A stretch of 64,000 nt of DNA from the IMG/VR virus record IMGVR_UViG_3300025098_005131, one strand, 5' to 3'. Made by a program: the position numbers and the translations under genes. A model generated the notes under the pieces. That model was not told where the DNA came from. It searched no databases and saw nothing but the letters and a program-made list of their open reading frames with translations. Source of the DNA: a virus. Its lineage: Duplodnaviria > Caudoviricetes. This document shows, piece after piece, positions 30,785 to 40,328 of this stretch (its first letter is position 1; every line of letters begins with the position of its first letter).

Positions 30785-33700
30785 TTAACTATTGTCAGAT
30801 CTTGAAATCTCACACCAATTATTTCCATCATAAATTAATTGGATTGTATCGTCTTCATGGTCTAAATTAAAGCTGGCGTCACCAGCCAGCTTTATATTAC
30901 CACCTGTAGACATTATAACTGTACGTCCACTGTCTTGAGCTTGTAGGATTAATGTCATACCTGCAACGCCGCCATTAATAACTCCCAAACCATCAGTGCT
31001 TGCATTGCCTTCTGTATCAACCTTGTGATAAGACTTAGTTACTGTGATCGCGCCAGAGGAAATAGTTAGTTCTGTAGGAGACCCAAGAATTACTTTGCCG
31101 CCAATTGTAAGGTTTGCGTCAGCACTCACTGCCTTAGAGACTGTTAGAGTTCCTGAAATTGTGTGGTCTTCGTTTGCATCACTTAAGTTTAATTGACCCT
31201 TTGAAGTAATATTACCTGTTGCAGAAGATAAAGTTAAGTTTGGCGCGCCACCATTTTTTAATTTAATGTCTGCATTAGCGCCATCATAATTAACTACGCC
31301 CCCAAAGAAGCTTTCGCCTGCAATGCTAGTACCACCGTCAACTCTTAATATACCGTTTGTTGCAGTTGTACCAGCAGTTGTGCCTGTAAGATGAACTTGT
31401 CCGCCGGCACTTATCTGTAAAGCGTCTGCATCTGATGCAGATCCAATAGCGCCACCATCAGGAATTAATAAAGATCCTCCAACAGTTACATTATCATTAA
31501 ATGAAGCTGCACCAGCTGCAGACATATCTAATGTAAGTGCTGTAATTCCGGCTCCACCATCATTGCCTTGGAAAACGATATCTTTATCACTAACTAATGA
31601 CTTAATTGTCAAATTGTCACCAGATAAATCAAAATGACCAACATTAGCAGAGCCATCTTTAAGTATAACTTGTTCACCAGTAACATCTAAAACAATGTCG
31701 CCGCCTGAAGTTAATGTTAAGTCTGTATTGTCACCTTCAATCTTCTCACCATCTCCAAATACCAAACCTACATTCGCTGGAACGTGAATATCAGAAGTAG
31801 CTGTTAGATTAATTTTTGCACCTGATGCGATAGTAAGATCAGTTCCGTCTCCAGATATTGATTCACCACTATCCGTAACAAACTCTAATGGCACACCACT
31901 TGGCACAACAACAGCAGATGCTGCGGTTAGATTAATATCAGCACCTGAAGTTAATGTTAAGTTTGTATTGTCACCTTCAATCTTCTCACCAGTTCCAAAA
32001 AGAACACCTACGTTTGCAGGAATAACAACGTCTGCGACAGCAGTCAAATTAATATTATTACCAGAAATAGTAAGATCTGTACCATCTCCTTCAATCTTCT
32101 CTCCATCATTACCAAATGTCAAACCAATTTCTTCAGGAATGTTTATGTCACCACCTACACCTACACTAAATGTAATATCAGTTCCATCAGACTCAATCTT
32201 TTCTGCTCCTGTACCATCAAGAACTAGACCTACGCCGGCTGGTATAACAACGTCTGTAGTGGCTGTTAGATTAATCTTTCCTCCAGATGTAACAGTAAGA
32301 TCTGTATCATCACCTTCAATCTTCTCACCATCCCCAAATACCAAGCCTACATTCGCTGGAACATGAACATCAGAAGTAGCTGTTAGATTAATCTTTCCTC
32401 CAGACGTAACAGTAAGATCTGTATCATCACCTTCAATCTTTTCGCCATCTCCAAATACCAAGCCAACATTTGCAGGAACATGCACGTCAGAAGTAGCTGT
32501 TAGATTAATTTTTGCACCTGATGCGATAGTAAGATCAGTTCCATCTCCAGATATTTTTTCACCATCATCGCCAAATGTCAAACCAATTCCTGATGCTATG
32601 TTAACATTTGAAGCAGCACCTAAGTCAATATCTGCTGCTGCTGTTAACTTTAAATTTGAAGATACAATATCAATGTGATTTGCTGCGCCATCAATTTCTA
32701 GCTTTCCAACTTGAACAGGACCTACAGCTACAGTAACATCAGAATCTGCACCAGTCTCTGCTGTTGTGCCTAGAAGAAATTTAGTATTATCTTCATCCCA
32801 GATAATTGCTGCATTATTTCCAGATGTACCTCTTTCCATGATGAAACCCATATCAGTAGCATTTGCAGCTCCAGATAGCTCTGCTTGAAGCATGATGATT
32901 GCATCTTCAACGTCAAGATTAGTAGTACTTACAGTTGTTGTTGCTCCATTAACTGTAAGATTACCAGGGACAACAACTGTAGATGATCCAGCACCTAAAG
33001 TCAAGTTATTTGCGCCAACAGAAGAACCAATTGTTAATGCACTAGCAGCGTCAACATCAATAGACGTACCTGTAATTGTTAAATTATTCCCTACAGTTAC
33101 GTTGTTGGATGCATCAAGAGTTAAATTAGCGTTTGTGCCGGCTGTTGATCCGCTACCAATAACTAAAGAATCAGAAAAGTCTTCTAAAGAAACATGGAAA
33201 TTATTAATATTTCCATCAAATAACAACATAGTATCTGCTTCTTGAGCATTGCCAATAGTTAACTTAGCGCCAGAAGAAGTTAGTTTTACATCTGATGTTG
33301 ATAAGTTCAAGACACCACTTGAAGAAATAGTAAGATCATCTCCATCTCCTTCAATCTTCTCGCCATCATCACCAAATGTCAAACCAACGTTAGCAGGTAA
33401 ATTAACATCAGCAGTTGCTGTTAAATTAATATCTGCGCCAGATGTAATTGTCAAGTCTGTATCGTTAGACTCAATCTTTTCTGACGCATTAGCATCAAAA
33501 ACTAGGCCAACATTTGCAGGAAGGTGAACATCAGAAGTAGCGTTAAGATTTAATTTTGCACCTGATGCGATAGTAAGATCAGTACCATCTCCTTCAATCT
33601 TCTCTCCGTCATCACCAAATGTCAAACCAATTGCTGAAGGAATATTGATATCGCCTCCGGCTCCCACGCTAATTGAAATATCTGTACCGTCAGACTCAAT

Positions 33701-34777
33701 CTTTTCTGCTCCTGTACCATCAAGAACTAGACCCACACCTGATGGTATTACGACATCAGAAGTAGCTGTTAGATTAATCTTTCCTCCAGATGTAACTGTA
33801 AGATCTGTATCGTCACCTTCAATCTTTTCGCCATCTCCAAATACCAAACCTACATTTGCAGGAACGTGCACGTCAGTTGTAGCTGTTAGGTTAAGCTTAT
33901 TACTTGAAGAAATAGTAAGATCAGCTCCATCTCCTTCAATCTTCTCTCCGTCATCACCAAACGTTAATCCTACACCACTTGGAACGTTAACGTCTGCGGT
34001 TGCTGTTAAATTAATGTCAGCCCCAGAAGTAATCGTTAAGTCTGTATCGTTAGACTCAATCTTTTCTGACGCATTAGCATCAAAAACTAGACCAACATTT
34101 GCAGGAATGTGAACGTCAGTTGTAGCTGTTAGATTAATTTTTTCGCCTGAAGCAATAGTAAGATCAGTTCCGTCTCCAGTGATATGCTCTCCTGAAGCTG
34201 CAGAACCAAATTCAAGTTTTGCACTCACACCGTCTATAACAACGTCGCCTGCTGAATCTAGTACAATATCACTTGTTCCGCCTGAAGCAATTTCAATTGC
34301 TGCATCATTAGTTGCTGTTAAAGTGCCACCTAACACATCAATATGAGCTGCTGAGCTGTCAATTTCTAGCTTTCCAACTTGAACAGAACCTACTGCTACA
34401 GTCACGTCTGTATCTGCACCAGTCTCTGCTGTTGTTCCCAATAAGAATGTATCTGAACTTTCATCCCAGATAATTGCTGCATTATCTCCAGTTGAGCCTC
34501 TTTCCATGATAAAGCCCATATCTGTAGCATTTGCTACTCCATCACCTAATTCTGCTTGGAGATGTAGTATTGCATCTTCAACATTTAAATTTGATGTGCT
34601 AATTGTAGTAGTTGTCCCATTAACAGTCAAATTACCTGTTACTACGACGTTAGAGCCGAATGTTGTATCTGATTGTCCTGCAGGAATATTAAGGTCTTGC
34701 ACATGAAGTGTTCCCCATCTAAGTGATGACGTACCTAAATCGTGTCCGCCATCTGAATCTGGTTTTAAAGCTGCCAT
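30785..34777 (-). CDS. Repeat-rich tail-fibre-like protein (1330 aa)
   Basis: N-terminal LKPDSDGGHDLGTSSLRW fibre motif, two NLTVNG..TNL.VED modules, 16 repeats of about 39 aa, and a C-terminal L...DD.I.LIYDG.NW.E.SR knob. Confidence 0.75.
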   Translation of the reverse strand: MAALKPDSDGGHDLGTSSLRWGTLHVQDLNIPAGQSDTTFGSNVVVTGNLTVNGTTTTISTSNLNVEDAILHLQAELGDGVANATDMGFIMERGSTGDNAAIIWDESSDTFLLGTTAETGADTDVTVAVGSVQVGKLEIDSSAAHIDVLGGTLTATNDAAIEIASGGTSDIVLDSAGDVVIDGVSAKLEFGSAASGEHITGDGTDLTIASGEKINLTATTDVHIPANVGLVFDANASEKIESNDTDLTITSGADINLTATADVNVPSGVGLTFGDDGEKIEGDGADLTISSSNKLNLTATTDVHVPANVGLVFGDGEKIEGDDTDLTVTSGGKINLTATSDVVIPSGVGLVLDGTGAEKIESDGTDISISVGAGGDINIPSAIGLTFGDDGEKIEGDGTDLTIASGAKLNLNATSDVHLPANVGLVFDANASEKIESNDTDLTITSGADINLTATADVNLPANVGLTFGDDGEKIEGDGDDLTISSSGVLNLSTSDVKLTSSGAKLTIGNAQEADTMLLFDGNINNFHVSLEDFSDSLVIGSGSTAGTNANLTLDASNNVTVGNNLTITGTSIDVDAASALTIGSSVGANNLTLGAGSSTVVVPGNLTVNGATTTVSTTNLDVEDAIIMLQAELSGAANATDMGFIMERGTSGNNAAIIWDEDNTKFLLGTTAETGADSDVTVAVGPVQVGKLEIDGAANHIDIVSSNLKLTAAADIDLGAASNVNIASGIGLTFGDDGEKISGDGTDLTIASGAKINLTATSDVHVPANVGLVFGDGEKIEGDDTDLTVTSGGKINLTATSDVHVPANVGLVFGDGEKIEGDDTDLTVTSGGKINLTATTDVVIPAGVGLVLDGTGAEKIESDGTDITFSVGVGGDINIPEEIGLTFGNDGEKIEGDGTDLTISGNNINLTAVADVVIPANVGVLFGTGEKIEGDNTNLTLTSGADINLTAASAVVVPSGVPLEFVTDSGESISGDGTDLTIASGAKINLTATSDIHVPANVGLVFGDGEKIEGDNTDLTLTSGGDIVLDVTGEQVILKDGSANVGHFDLSGDNLTIKSLVSDKDIVFQGNDGGAGITALTLDMSAAGAASFNDNVTVGGSLLIPDGGAIGSASDADALQISAGGQVHLTGTTAGTTATNGILRVDGGTSIAGESFFGGVVNYDGANADIKLKNGGAPNLTLSSATGNITSKGQLNLSDANEDHTISGTLTVSKAVSADANLTIGGKVILGSPTELTISSGAITVTKSYHKVDTEGNASTDGLGVINGGVAGMTLILQAQDSGRTVIMSTGGNIKLAGDASFNLDHEDDTIQLIYDGNNWCEISRSDNS
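31683..32572 (-). repeat. Block 2 of about 39-aa (about 117-bp) repeats, 8 units
   Basis: Same consensus; adjacent units around 32260..32500 are nearly identical at DNA level; edges approximate. Confidence 0.85.
33290..34193 (-). repeat. Block 1 of about 39-aa (about 117-bp) repeats, 8 units
   Basis: Consensus GDGEKIEGDxTDLTxxSGxKINLTATxDVHxPANVGLVF counted in the translation; edges approximate. Confidence 0.85.
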
Positions 34778-34869
34778 AAAATTTTACCTTTCTAAATTTA
34801 ATATGAACTAACCACAGAAATTATAAAAATTATCTCTGTTTCTTTTATTAATTATTACTGTTAATATAT

Positions 34870-35145
34870 TTATTTTTTGTTTGCGTAAAAAAAACTAGGA
34901 ATTTCTTTAAAAAAAATATCTACTTTTTCTTTATTTTTCGTAGTATTGACTATTAAATAACCTTCAGCTAACTTGCTTAATAGAAGTTCAATATTACAAG
35001 GAAAAGGTTTTTCACCTTCTTTTTTAACCCAAATGCATTTATTTTTTAATGATTCAGATCTTTTGGAATTAATTCTTACAAGCTCTTCTTGCGATTTTTT
35101 ATTCCAAAATTCTTTCATTGATCTGGATATGCTTTCTTTTTTCAC
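34870..35145 (-). CDS. Small basic protein resembling a homing-endonuclease DNA-binding fragment (NUMOD3-like)
   Basis: SISRSMKEFWNKK..KRSESLKNKCIWVKK is typical of NUMOD-type modules; no nuclease domain is visible; GTG start. Confidence 0.4.
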   Translation of the reverse strand: MKKESISRSMKEFWNKKSQEELVRINSKRSESLKNKCIWVKKEGEKPFPCNIELLLSKLAEGYLIVNTTKNKEKVDIFFKEIPSFFYANKK

Positions 35146-35247
35146 TAAATTGATCCTTGTTTTTAGTTTTTAATTTTCATTTAAGATTATAAGTGTAAAT
35201 CTTATTTGTTTAAACAAAGATTAATTAATGTTATTAGAAATAAGATT

Positions 35248-38200
35248 CTAAGGTGTTGTAAATCCTGCGCCTTCAAACTCTAAGTCACCATTGATATTAA
35301 CTTTAAAATGTCTATCAGAAGCTGAAGTTACTGTTTCTCCATAGAAAATTATATCTGACTCAAATGGGAAAGAATTATTAAAACCGCCTAAGTCATAAGC
35401 AAACGGGCCAATTTTACCTCTTATAATCGGATTTGAGTCCATTTCAACATCATATATATCGTTTGAATCTTTGTTTGCATCAACCTTAATTGATGATGCA
35501 AATATTCCACCAAATCTTGTTGCTTGTGAAGAAACAAAAGCTTTTACAGATTGTTGTGTAACTAATGCTGTTGCTGAGTCTGAAGCCATATCGTCTTCGT
35601 CTAAGACAGTTATTTCAACAGGCGTAGTAGATAAAGCTTGTGCACCAACAACAACCATAGCTGCCTCAGTAAAATGAGATAACTTTGCCAATGTAATACC
35701 GTCATCTTTAACTCTAACAGTATCAGCATTTATTTCTAATGTAGAATTATCAACTGTAACTGATAGAACACCAGAATTTGCAGCTAAACCGTCACCAGCT
35801 ATTGAAGATATTAAGTCACCAATTGATTCTTTTCTAGTTCCGTTACTGTCATTAGCATCAATAATTGCAATGCTGTCATTTGATACATCAACTACAGCTG
35901 CTGTTAACTCATTTAAGTTTACAGCTAAAGCTGAACCTGACCCACCTGATAAACCATCACCAGCTGCAGCAGATGAAATTCTAATTGTATCATTGTCTAT
36001 TTCTAGTCCAGAACCTTGAGAAACTGCTAAAACTCCATCTGTTGATGTTAATCCTGCTCCTGCTATTGAAGCAATTAAGTCTCCAATAGTTTCTCTTTTT
36101 GTTGAATTACTGTCGTCTGAATCTGTAAATATAATACTGTCTGTTGCAACATTGACAACAGCTTCAGTTAACTCATTTAAGTCTACAGAAATTACACCAG
36201 AAGATGCTGATAAACCATTTCCAGCCATAAAGCCAGCTATGTCATCAACAGATTCAAGTTGTTCTGTAGAACCGTCAGAGTCAAGCATTAAGAATTTGTC
36301 ACCTGAAGCTACTTGTACATCTGCTATACCAGATAGGTCGACTGAAAGTACTCCATTAGTCGCTGATAATCCTGTTGATACTTTATTACCTGCTACAGCA
36401 GTAATAACATCTTTTATCAATTCTTGTTTTGATGTGTTGCTGTCATTAGCATCAATAATTGCAATGCTGTCTGCAGAAACATCAACTGATGCAGCAGCAA
36501 GATTGCTTAGATTCAAAGAAAGAGAAACGTCTCCACCAATAACTGTATCTTCACCACCTGTTACTGTAATTCCCCCATTTGAAGCATTAACTATGTCATT
36601 AAGTGAAGTCTGTCCTGTACCACCATCGCCTACTGACAATGTTCCTGTAATAGAGCTGGCGTCTAACTTAACAGCAACTTCTCCTGATTCTATAACCAAG
36701 CCACCGTTATCTTTAAGATCTACAGACAATGCTAAAGATCCAGCACCTACTGTTGATTCTAAACCATCACCTGCTGCTAAAGAAGCAAACACAGGGTCTG
36801 CACCAGTACTTCCCATCAATAATTGACCATTAGTACCTACTGCAAGAGGAGTTATAGAATCTGTACCAGAACCTACTAGGACTCCATGATCTGTAAGAGT
36901 AGAAGCTCCTGTACCACCTTGAGAAACTGAAAGGTCTGTGTCTAAAGATAAACTTGAAGCTTCTAATGCACCTACAACTAAAGCTGCTGATTCATAGCCT
37001 GTACCTGATGTGTCAACTGTTGTTGATGGTTCATCTTGAAGATCTTTGAATAGCTTAAATTTTCCGTCTGAAGCGTCTCTAAATAAACCTGCATATAAAT
37101 CTTGATTTCCTGTTGTATCATACAAACCAAAAAATCCGATATCGAGAGTGTCTGAAGCATTGTTTGATTTTGCCAAAGAAATTAAAGGATCTTCTACATT
37201 TAAATTAGTAGTGTTTATTGTAGCAGAAGTGCCATTAATAGTTAGATTTCCTGTTACTATTAAATTTTGATCAACCTGCAAGCTTCCTTCTGCAGTCAAA
37301 GTGCTATTAGCAACTCCTACCGAAGATAAGCTAGATAATGTTGTAATAGAACTATGATTATTGATATATGATGCTACACGTGATAAAGCTGATTTTTTAT
37401 TTGTTCCGCCAGCACCGTCATCTATGATTATAAGATCTGCATCTGCAAGAGCAGCTCCTATATCATCGCCGCCATCTATATCTAATGCAGTTAAAGAAAC
37501 CTTGTTTACTGTAGAAATTGTTGCTAATTGTGTATCAACAATACCAGCATTAGCTGCCAATTGTCCTGTTGCAATACCGCTTGCTGTAATTGTTAATGTA
37601 TCTGTTCCTGCAGTTGTAGCAAGCGAAATACCACTGCCTGAAGCAATTGTTAATGTATCTGAGGCTGTATCTGCTTCTAAGTCATCTTGACCAGCTACAC
37701 TAACTGTTGAAAAAGAATTTGTTGCGCCTGAAGCACCTGTTACTGCTGACCAACTTAATCCGCCTGAGCCGTCTGTAATTAGAACAAAATTTTCTGTACC
37801 GTCATTGGTAGGAAGTGTTAAAGTATAACTGGCATCTAAAGCAGCAGGTGACTTTATTGCAACATATTCTGTTCCACTTCCATCTGCTTCGCCTAACCTT
37901 AATTCTTTTTGATTATCAATTAATATATTATCTGTAGAAGTCAAACCAGCAAAAGAAGGACTATCACCAGAACCAAGGCCTAAGCTATTTCTTACAGTAG
38001 CACCACTTTCATATGCAAAAGCGCCTGCACCGGTGGCTACTATAAATTCTCCATCACCTGAAGCTACACCTAATGTGTCTAAATCCTCTAGCACACCATC
38101 AACTGCAACTGTTTCTGCAACACCTTCACCACCAGAAAAAGCAGCAAGACCAGCTCCGGCAGTCAATGATGCTACATAGTCGCCAGTTGTATCTGTGCCT

Positions 38201-39222
38201 AATGCAACGCTATTGTTAATAACCGTAGCTGTTAATGTAACGTCTGTAGATCCATCTATATCAACAGATCCAGATAAATCACCTCCGAGTGTAAGTGTTC
38301 TTGCAGTTGCCCATGAAGCTGCAGTAGTTGCTGAAGTAGCATTTCCTGATAGTGAAGCCGTAATTGTACCTGCTGAAAAATCGCCATTTCCATCTCTTAT
38401 AACTAATTTACTAGCTGTATTGTTGTTTGTTGCATCCGCTAGTTTAGCTCTTTCAGTTACTGTTATAATTGCTCCAGACCCAGCATCAGTAACATCACTA
38501 AAAGATGTAACGTTTATCCCGCTTAAATTATTATTTGATGCAGAAGTTATTCTACCTTGATCGTCGACTGATATTGTTGGTATTGCAGTTGCTGATCCGT
38601 AATCTCCCGCTGTTAATGTATTGATATTTGATAGTTTTATAGTTACGTCACCAGAAAGACCGTCTCCTCCGCTTAGATCCAAGCCAGTACCTGTAATTAT
38701 TCTTGTTATATCACCAGTATTTGTTGTATAACCAAATGACTCAATTCTGTCATTTATTGCAGCTGCCGTCATTAAATTATCGTCATTATCAGCAAAAGCT
38801 TCGCCACCTATTAAAATTGCTGCATTTGAAAAGTTGGCAACTGTTAGTGTTGTCGGTACTGCTACTTGTCTTACATCATCATTTAATTTTTGAATTGCTA
38901 CCTTAAATGAATCACCTGCTGCAATTGAATCGTCATTTGTTAATACGTTCCCATCGTTTCTTGTAAAACCTGGATTAATACCTCCGTCTGTAGTGAAGCC
39001 TAAGTCCTCTAAAAATGCGCTAGTCATTGCAATAACGAACTGGCCATCATTGTTTGCAGTTATACTTGCTATACCAACGTCATTTGTAAATAAAGGCAAA
39101 TTATCATTTACCTTTAACGCATCTGTTGATATACTGGCCACATGAAGTGCTGACCAACGTTGTGTTGAAATTCCTAAGCTGCCTTCATTATTGCCTCTTG
39201 GTACTAAATTTCGAGTTGACAT
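35248..39222 (-). CDS. Tail-fibre-like protein (1324 aa, Ala/Gly/Ser/Thr/Asp-rich)
   Basis: RNLVPRGNNEGSLG..RW start; AGDYGSATAIPTISVDDQGRITSAS; ARTLTLGGDLSGSVDIDGS; GGTGASTL; NLTINGT..NLNVEDPLISL are all common phage fibre motifs. Confidence 0.75.
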   Translation of the reverse strand: MSTRNLVPRGNNEGSLGISTQRWSALHVASISTDALKVNDNLPLFTNDVGIASITANNDGQFVIAMTSAFLEDLGFTTDGGINPGFTRNDGNVLTNDDSIAAGDSFKVAIQKLNDDVRQVAVPTTLTVANFSNAAILIGGEAFADNDDNLMTAAAINDRIESFGYTTNTGDITRIITGTGLDLSGGDGLSGDVTIKLSNINTLTAGDYGSATAIPTISVDDQGRITSASNNNLSGINVTSFSDVTDAGSGAIITVTERAKLADATNNNTASKLVIRDGNGDFSAGTITASLSGNATSATTAASWATARTLTLGGDLSGSVDIDGSTDVTLTATVINNSVALGTDTTGDYVASLTAGAGLAAFSGGEGVAETVAVDGVLEDLDTLGVASGDGEFIVATGAGAFAYESGATVRNSLGLGSGDSPSFAGLTSTDNILIDNQKELRLGEADGSGTEYVAIKSPAALDASYTLTLPTNDGTENFVLITDGSGGLSWSAVTGASGATNSFSTVSVAGQDDLEADTASDTLTIASGSGISLATTAGTDTLTITASGIATGQLAANAGIVDTQLATISTVNKVSLTALDIDGGDDIGAALADADLIIIDDGAGGTNKKSALSRVASYINNHSSITTLSSLSSVGVANSTLTAEGSLQVDQNLIVTGNLTINGTSATINTTNLNVEDPLISLAKSNNASDTLDIGFFGLYDTTGNQDLYAGLFRDASDGKFKLFKDLQDEPSTTVDTSGTGYESAALVVGALEASSLSLDTDLSVSQGGTGASTLTDHGVLVGSGTDSITPLAVGTNGQLLMGSTGADPVFASLAAGDGLESTVGAGSLALSVDLKDNGGLVIESGEVAVKLDASSITGTLSVGDGGTGQTSLNDIVNASNGGITVTGGEDTVIGGDVSLSLNLSNLAAASVDVSADSIAIIDANDSNTSKQELIKDVITAVAGNKVSTGLSATNGVLSVDLSGIADVQVASGDKFLMLDSDGSTEQLESVDDIAGFMAGNGLSASSGVISVDLNELTEAVVNVATDSIIFTDSDDSNSTKRETIGDLIASIAGAGLTSTDGVLAVSQGSGLEIDNDTIRISSAAAGDGLSGGSGSALAVNLNELTAAVVDVSNDSIAIIDANDSNGTRKESIGDLISSIAGDGLAANSGVLSVTVDNSTLEINADTVRVKDDGITLAKLSHFTEAAMVVVGAQALSTTPVEITVLDEDDMASDSATALVTQQSVKAFVSSQATRFGGIFASSIKVDANKDSNDIYDVEMDSNPIIRGKIGPFAYDLGGFNNSFPFESDIIFYGETVTSASDRHFKVNINGDLEFEGAGFTTP
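35760..36520 (-). repeat. Four repeats of about 54 aa (LNEL.AA.VDV..DSIAIIDA.DSN..+.E.I.DLI..IAG.GL....GVLSV)
   Basis: Seen in the translation. An exact 32-bp DNA duplicate CTGTCATTAGCATCAATAATTGCAATGCTGTC occurs at 35846..35877 and 36440..36471. Confidence 0.8.
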
Positions 39223-39254
39223 ATTATCTTATTCCTAACTTAATTTTATTTCAT

Positions 39255-39264
39255 TAATAACTAT
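39255..39264 (-). promoter_or_regulatory. Putative late-promoter motif ATAGTTATTA
   Basis: 32 nt before the 39222 fibre start. Confidence 0.35.
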
Positions 39265-39308
39265 TTGTTAGATGACAAAAAAACTTGTTGTTTTAAATAT
39301 ATTATACA

Positions 39309-40325
39309 TTAACCAGCATCTTTAGGTGTTACATTGCCATTTACATCAATCTCCCAATACGTATCACTTATACTAGCTTGATCTCTGTCAGACAACGTAT
39401 AAGCATTCATATTTTGTATTGCGTTAACTATATCATCCAAAGTTGTATTGTTACTAGTAAAATCCATATTTCCTGCACTTAATTCAATTGCAAACATTCC
39501 TGTGTCTAGCGTGCCGTCAATTATTCCGTGAGGAAAAAGATTACCATTGGCATCTACTTCCCAAAGTGTTGATGTAGATGCAGTAAAAGAATCTCCACCT
39601 GCATTATCATCAGCTGGAACAAATTTTGTGCCATCCCATTTTAAAACTTGATTATTATTTGGAGCATTTGTTGTTATATCTACATCAGATAAGTCCCCAA
39701 TAGAAGATGATGATATGTCAGATGAGCTAATAGCTGTGTTTGCCATGTTACCAATATAGATATACACTTCAACATGACTTGGGTTTTCATTAGCATTGTC
39801 TGGAGGTATTTCTTGAAAAAGTATGCCATTAAAATAATCTAAGTACCAAGATCTTTCGTCTAGCAAAGGAATTCTTGTGCCATTTGACTTTGTTCCATTG
39901 CCATCATAATAAACTTTTGCTTCATACGAGTCAGAAAATTGGGGTGGTACTATTTGTAATTTTCCTATTGATGAGTGTAAATCTTCGCTATCCTTAAATG
40001 ACAATGTATCTTTTTTAGGATTTGAAGAACTAGCAACATAGTCGTCAGGAAGACTTAATTTAAATGCATGAAATTTACCATTCACTAGAGACTCAGGCAA
40101 TGATGTTGCAACTAGCCTAACATATTCTACAACGTTATTTGTAGTGTCATAAAGATTAGTGCTGTTAGGTGTTGTAGGAATAGTTTCGGCAAATATTGAA
40201 GATGTACTTAATGATAAACTTGTAGTTTTATTTTCATTAAATGCTTCAAGCGAATTGGAAGTATGTGATTTACCAACTAGCTTTTTAAGAGAAATATTTT
40301 CTTTTGAAGAAGATGATAATGCCAT
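39309..40325 (-). CDS. Fibre-associated structural protein
   Basis: 338 aa; DLSDVDITTNAPNNNQVLKWDGTKFVPADD fibre motif and two WE(V/I)D.NGN..P motifs. Confidence 0.6.
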   Translation of the reverse strand: MALSSSSKENISLKKLVGKSHTSNSLEAFNENKTTSLSLSTSSIFAETIPTTPNSTNLYDTTNNVVEYVRLVATSLPESLVNGKFHAFKLSLPDDYVASSSNPKKDTLSFKDSEDLHSSIGKLQIVPPQFSDSYEAKVYYDGNGTKSNGTRIPLLDERSWYLDYFNGILFQEIPPDNANENPSHVEVYIYIGNMANTAISSSDISSSSIGDLSDVDITTNAPNNNQVLKWDGTKFVPADDNAGGDSFTASTSTLWEVDANGNLFPHGIIDGTLDTGMFAIELSAGNMDFTSNNTTLDDIVNAIQNMNAYTLSDRDQASISDTYWEIDVNGNVTPKDAG

Positions 40326-40328
40326 TTA

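Noticed and set aside
31683-34193. Regularly spaced near-identical DNA repeats considered as a CRISPR array or DGR template/variable repeat pair
   Set aside because: The repeats are in-frame coding units with synonymous-type variation, with no unique spacers, no adenine-specific mismatch pattern noticed, and no cas or reverse transcriptase gene in the window.
36152-36826. 224-aa plus-strand ORF, and the other long plus-strand ORFs over 31.9-38.6 kb
   Set aside because: Antisense shadows of Ala/Ser/Asp/Gly-rich fibre codons, which rarely create stops on the opposite strand; no SD and no motif.
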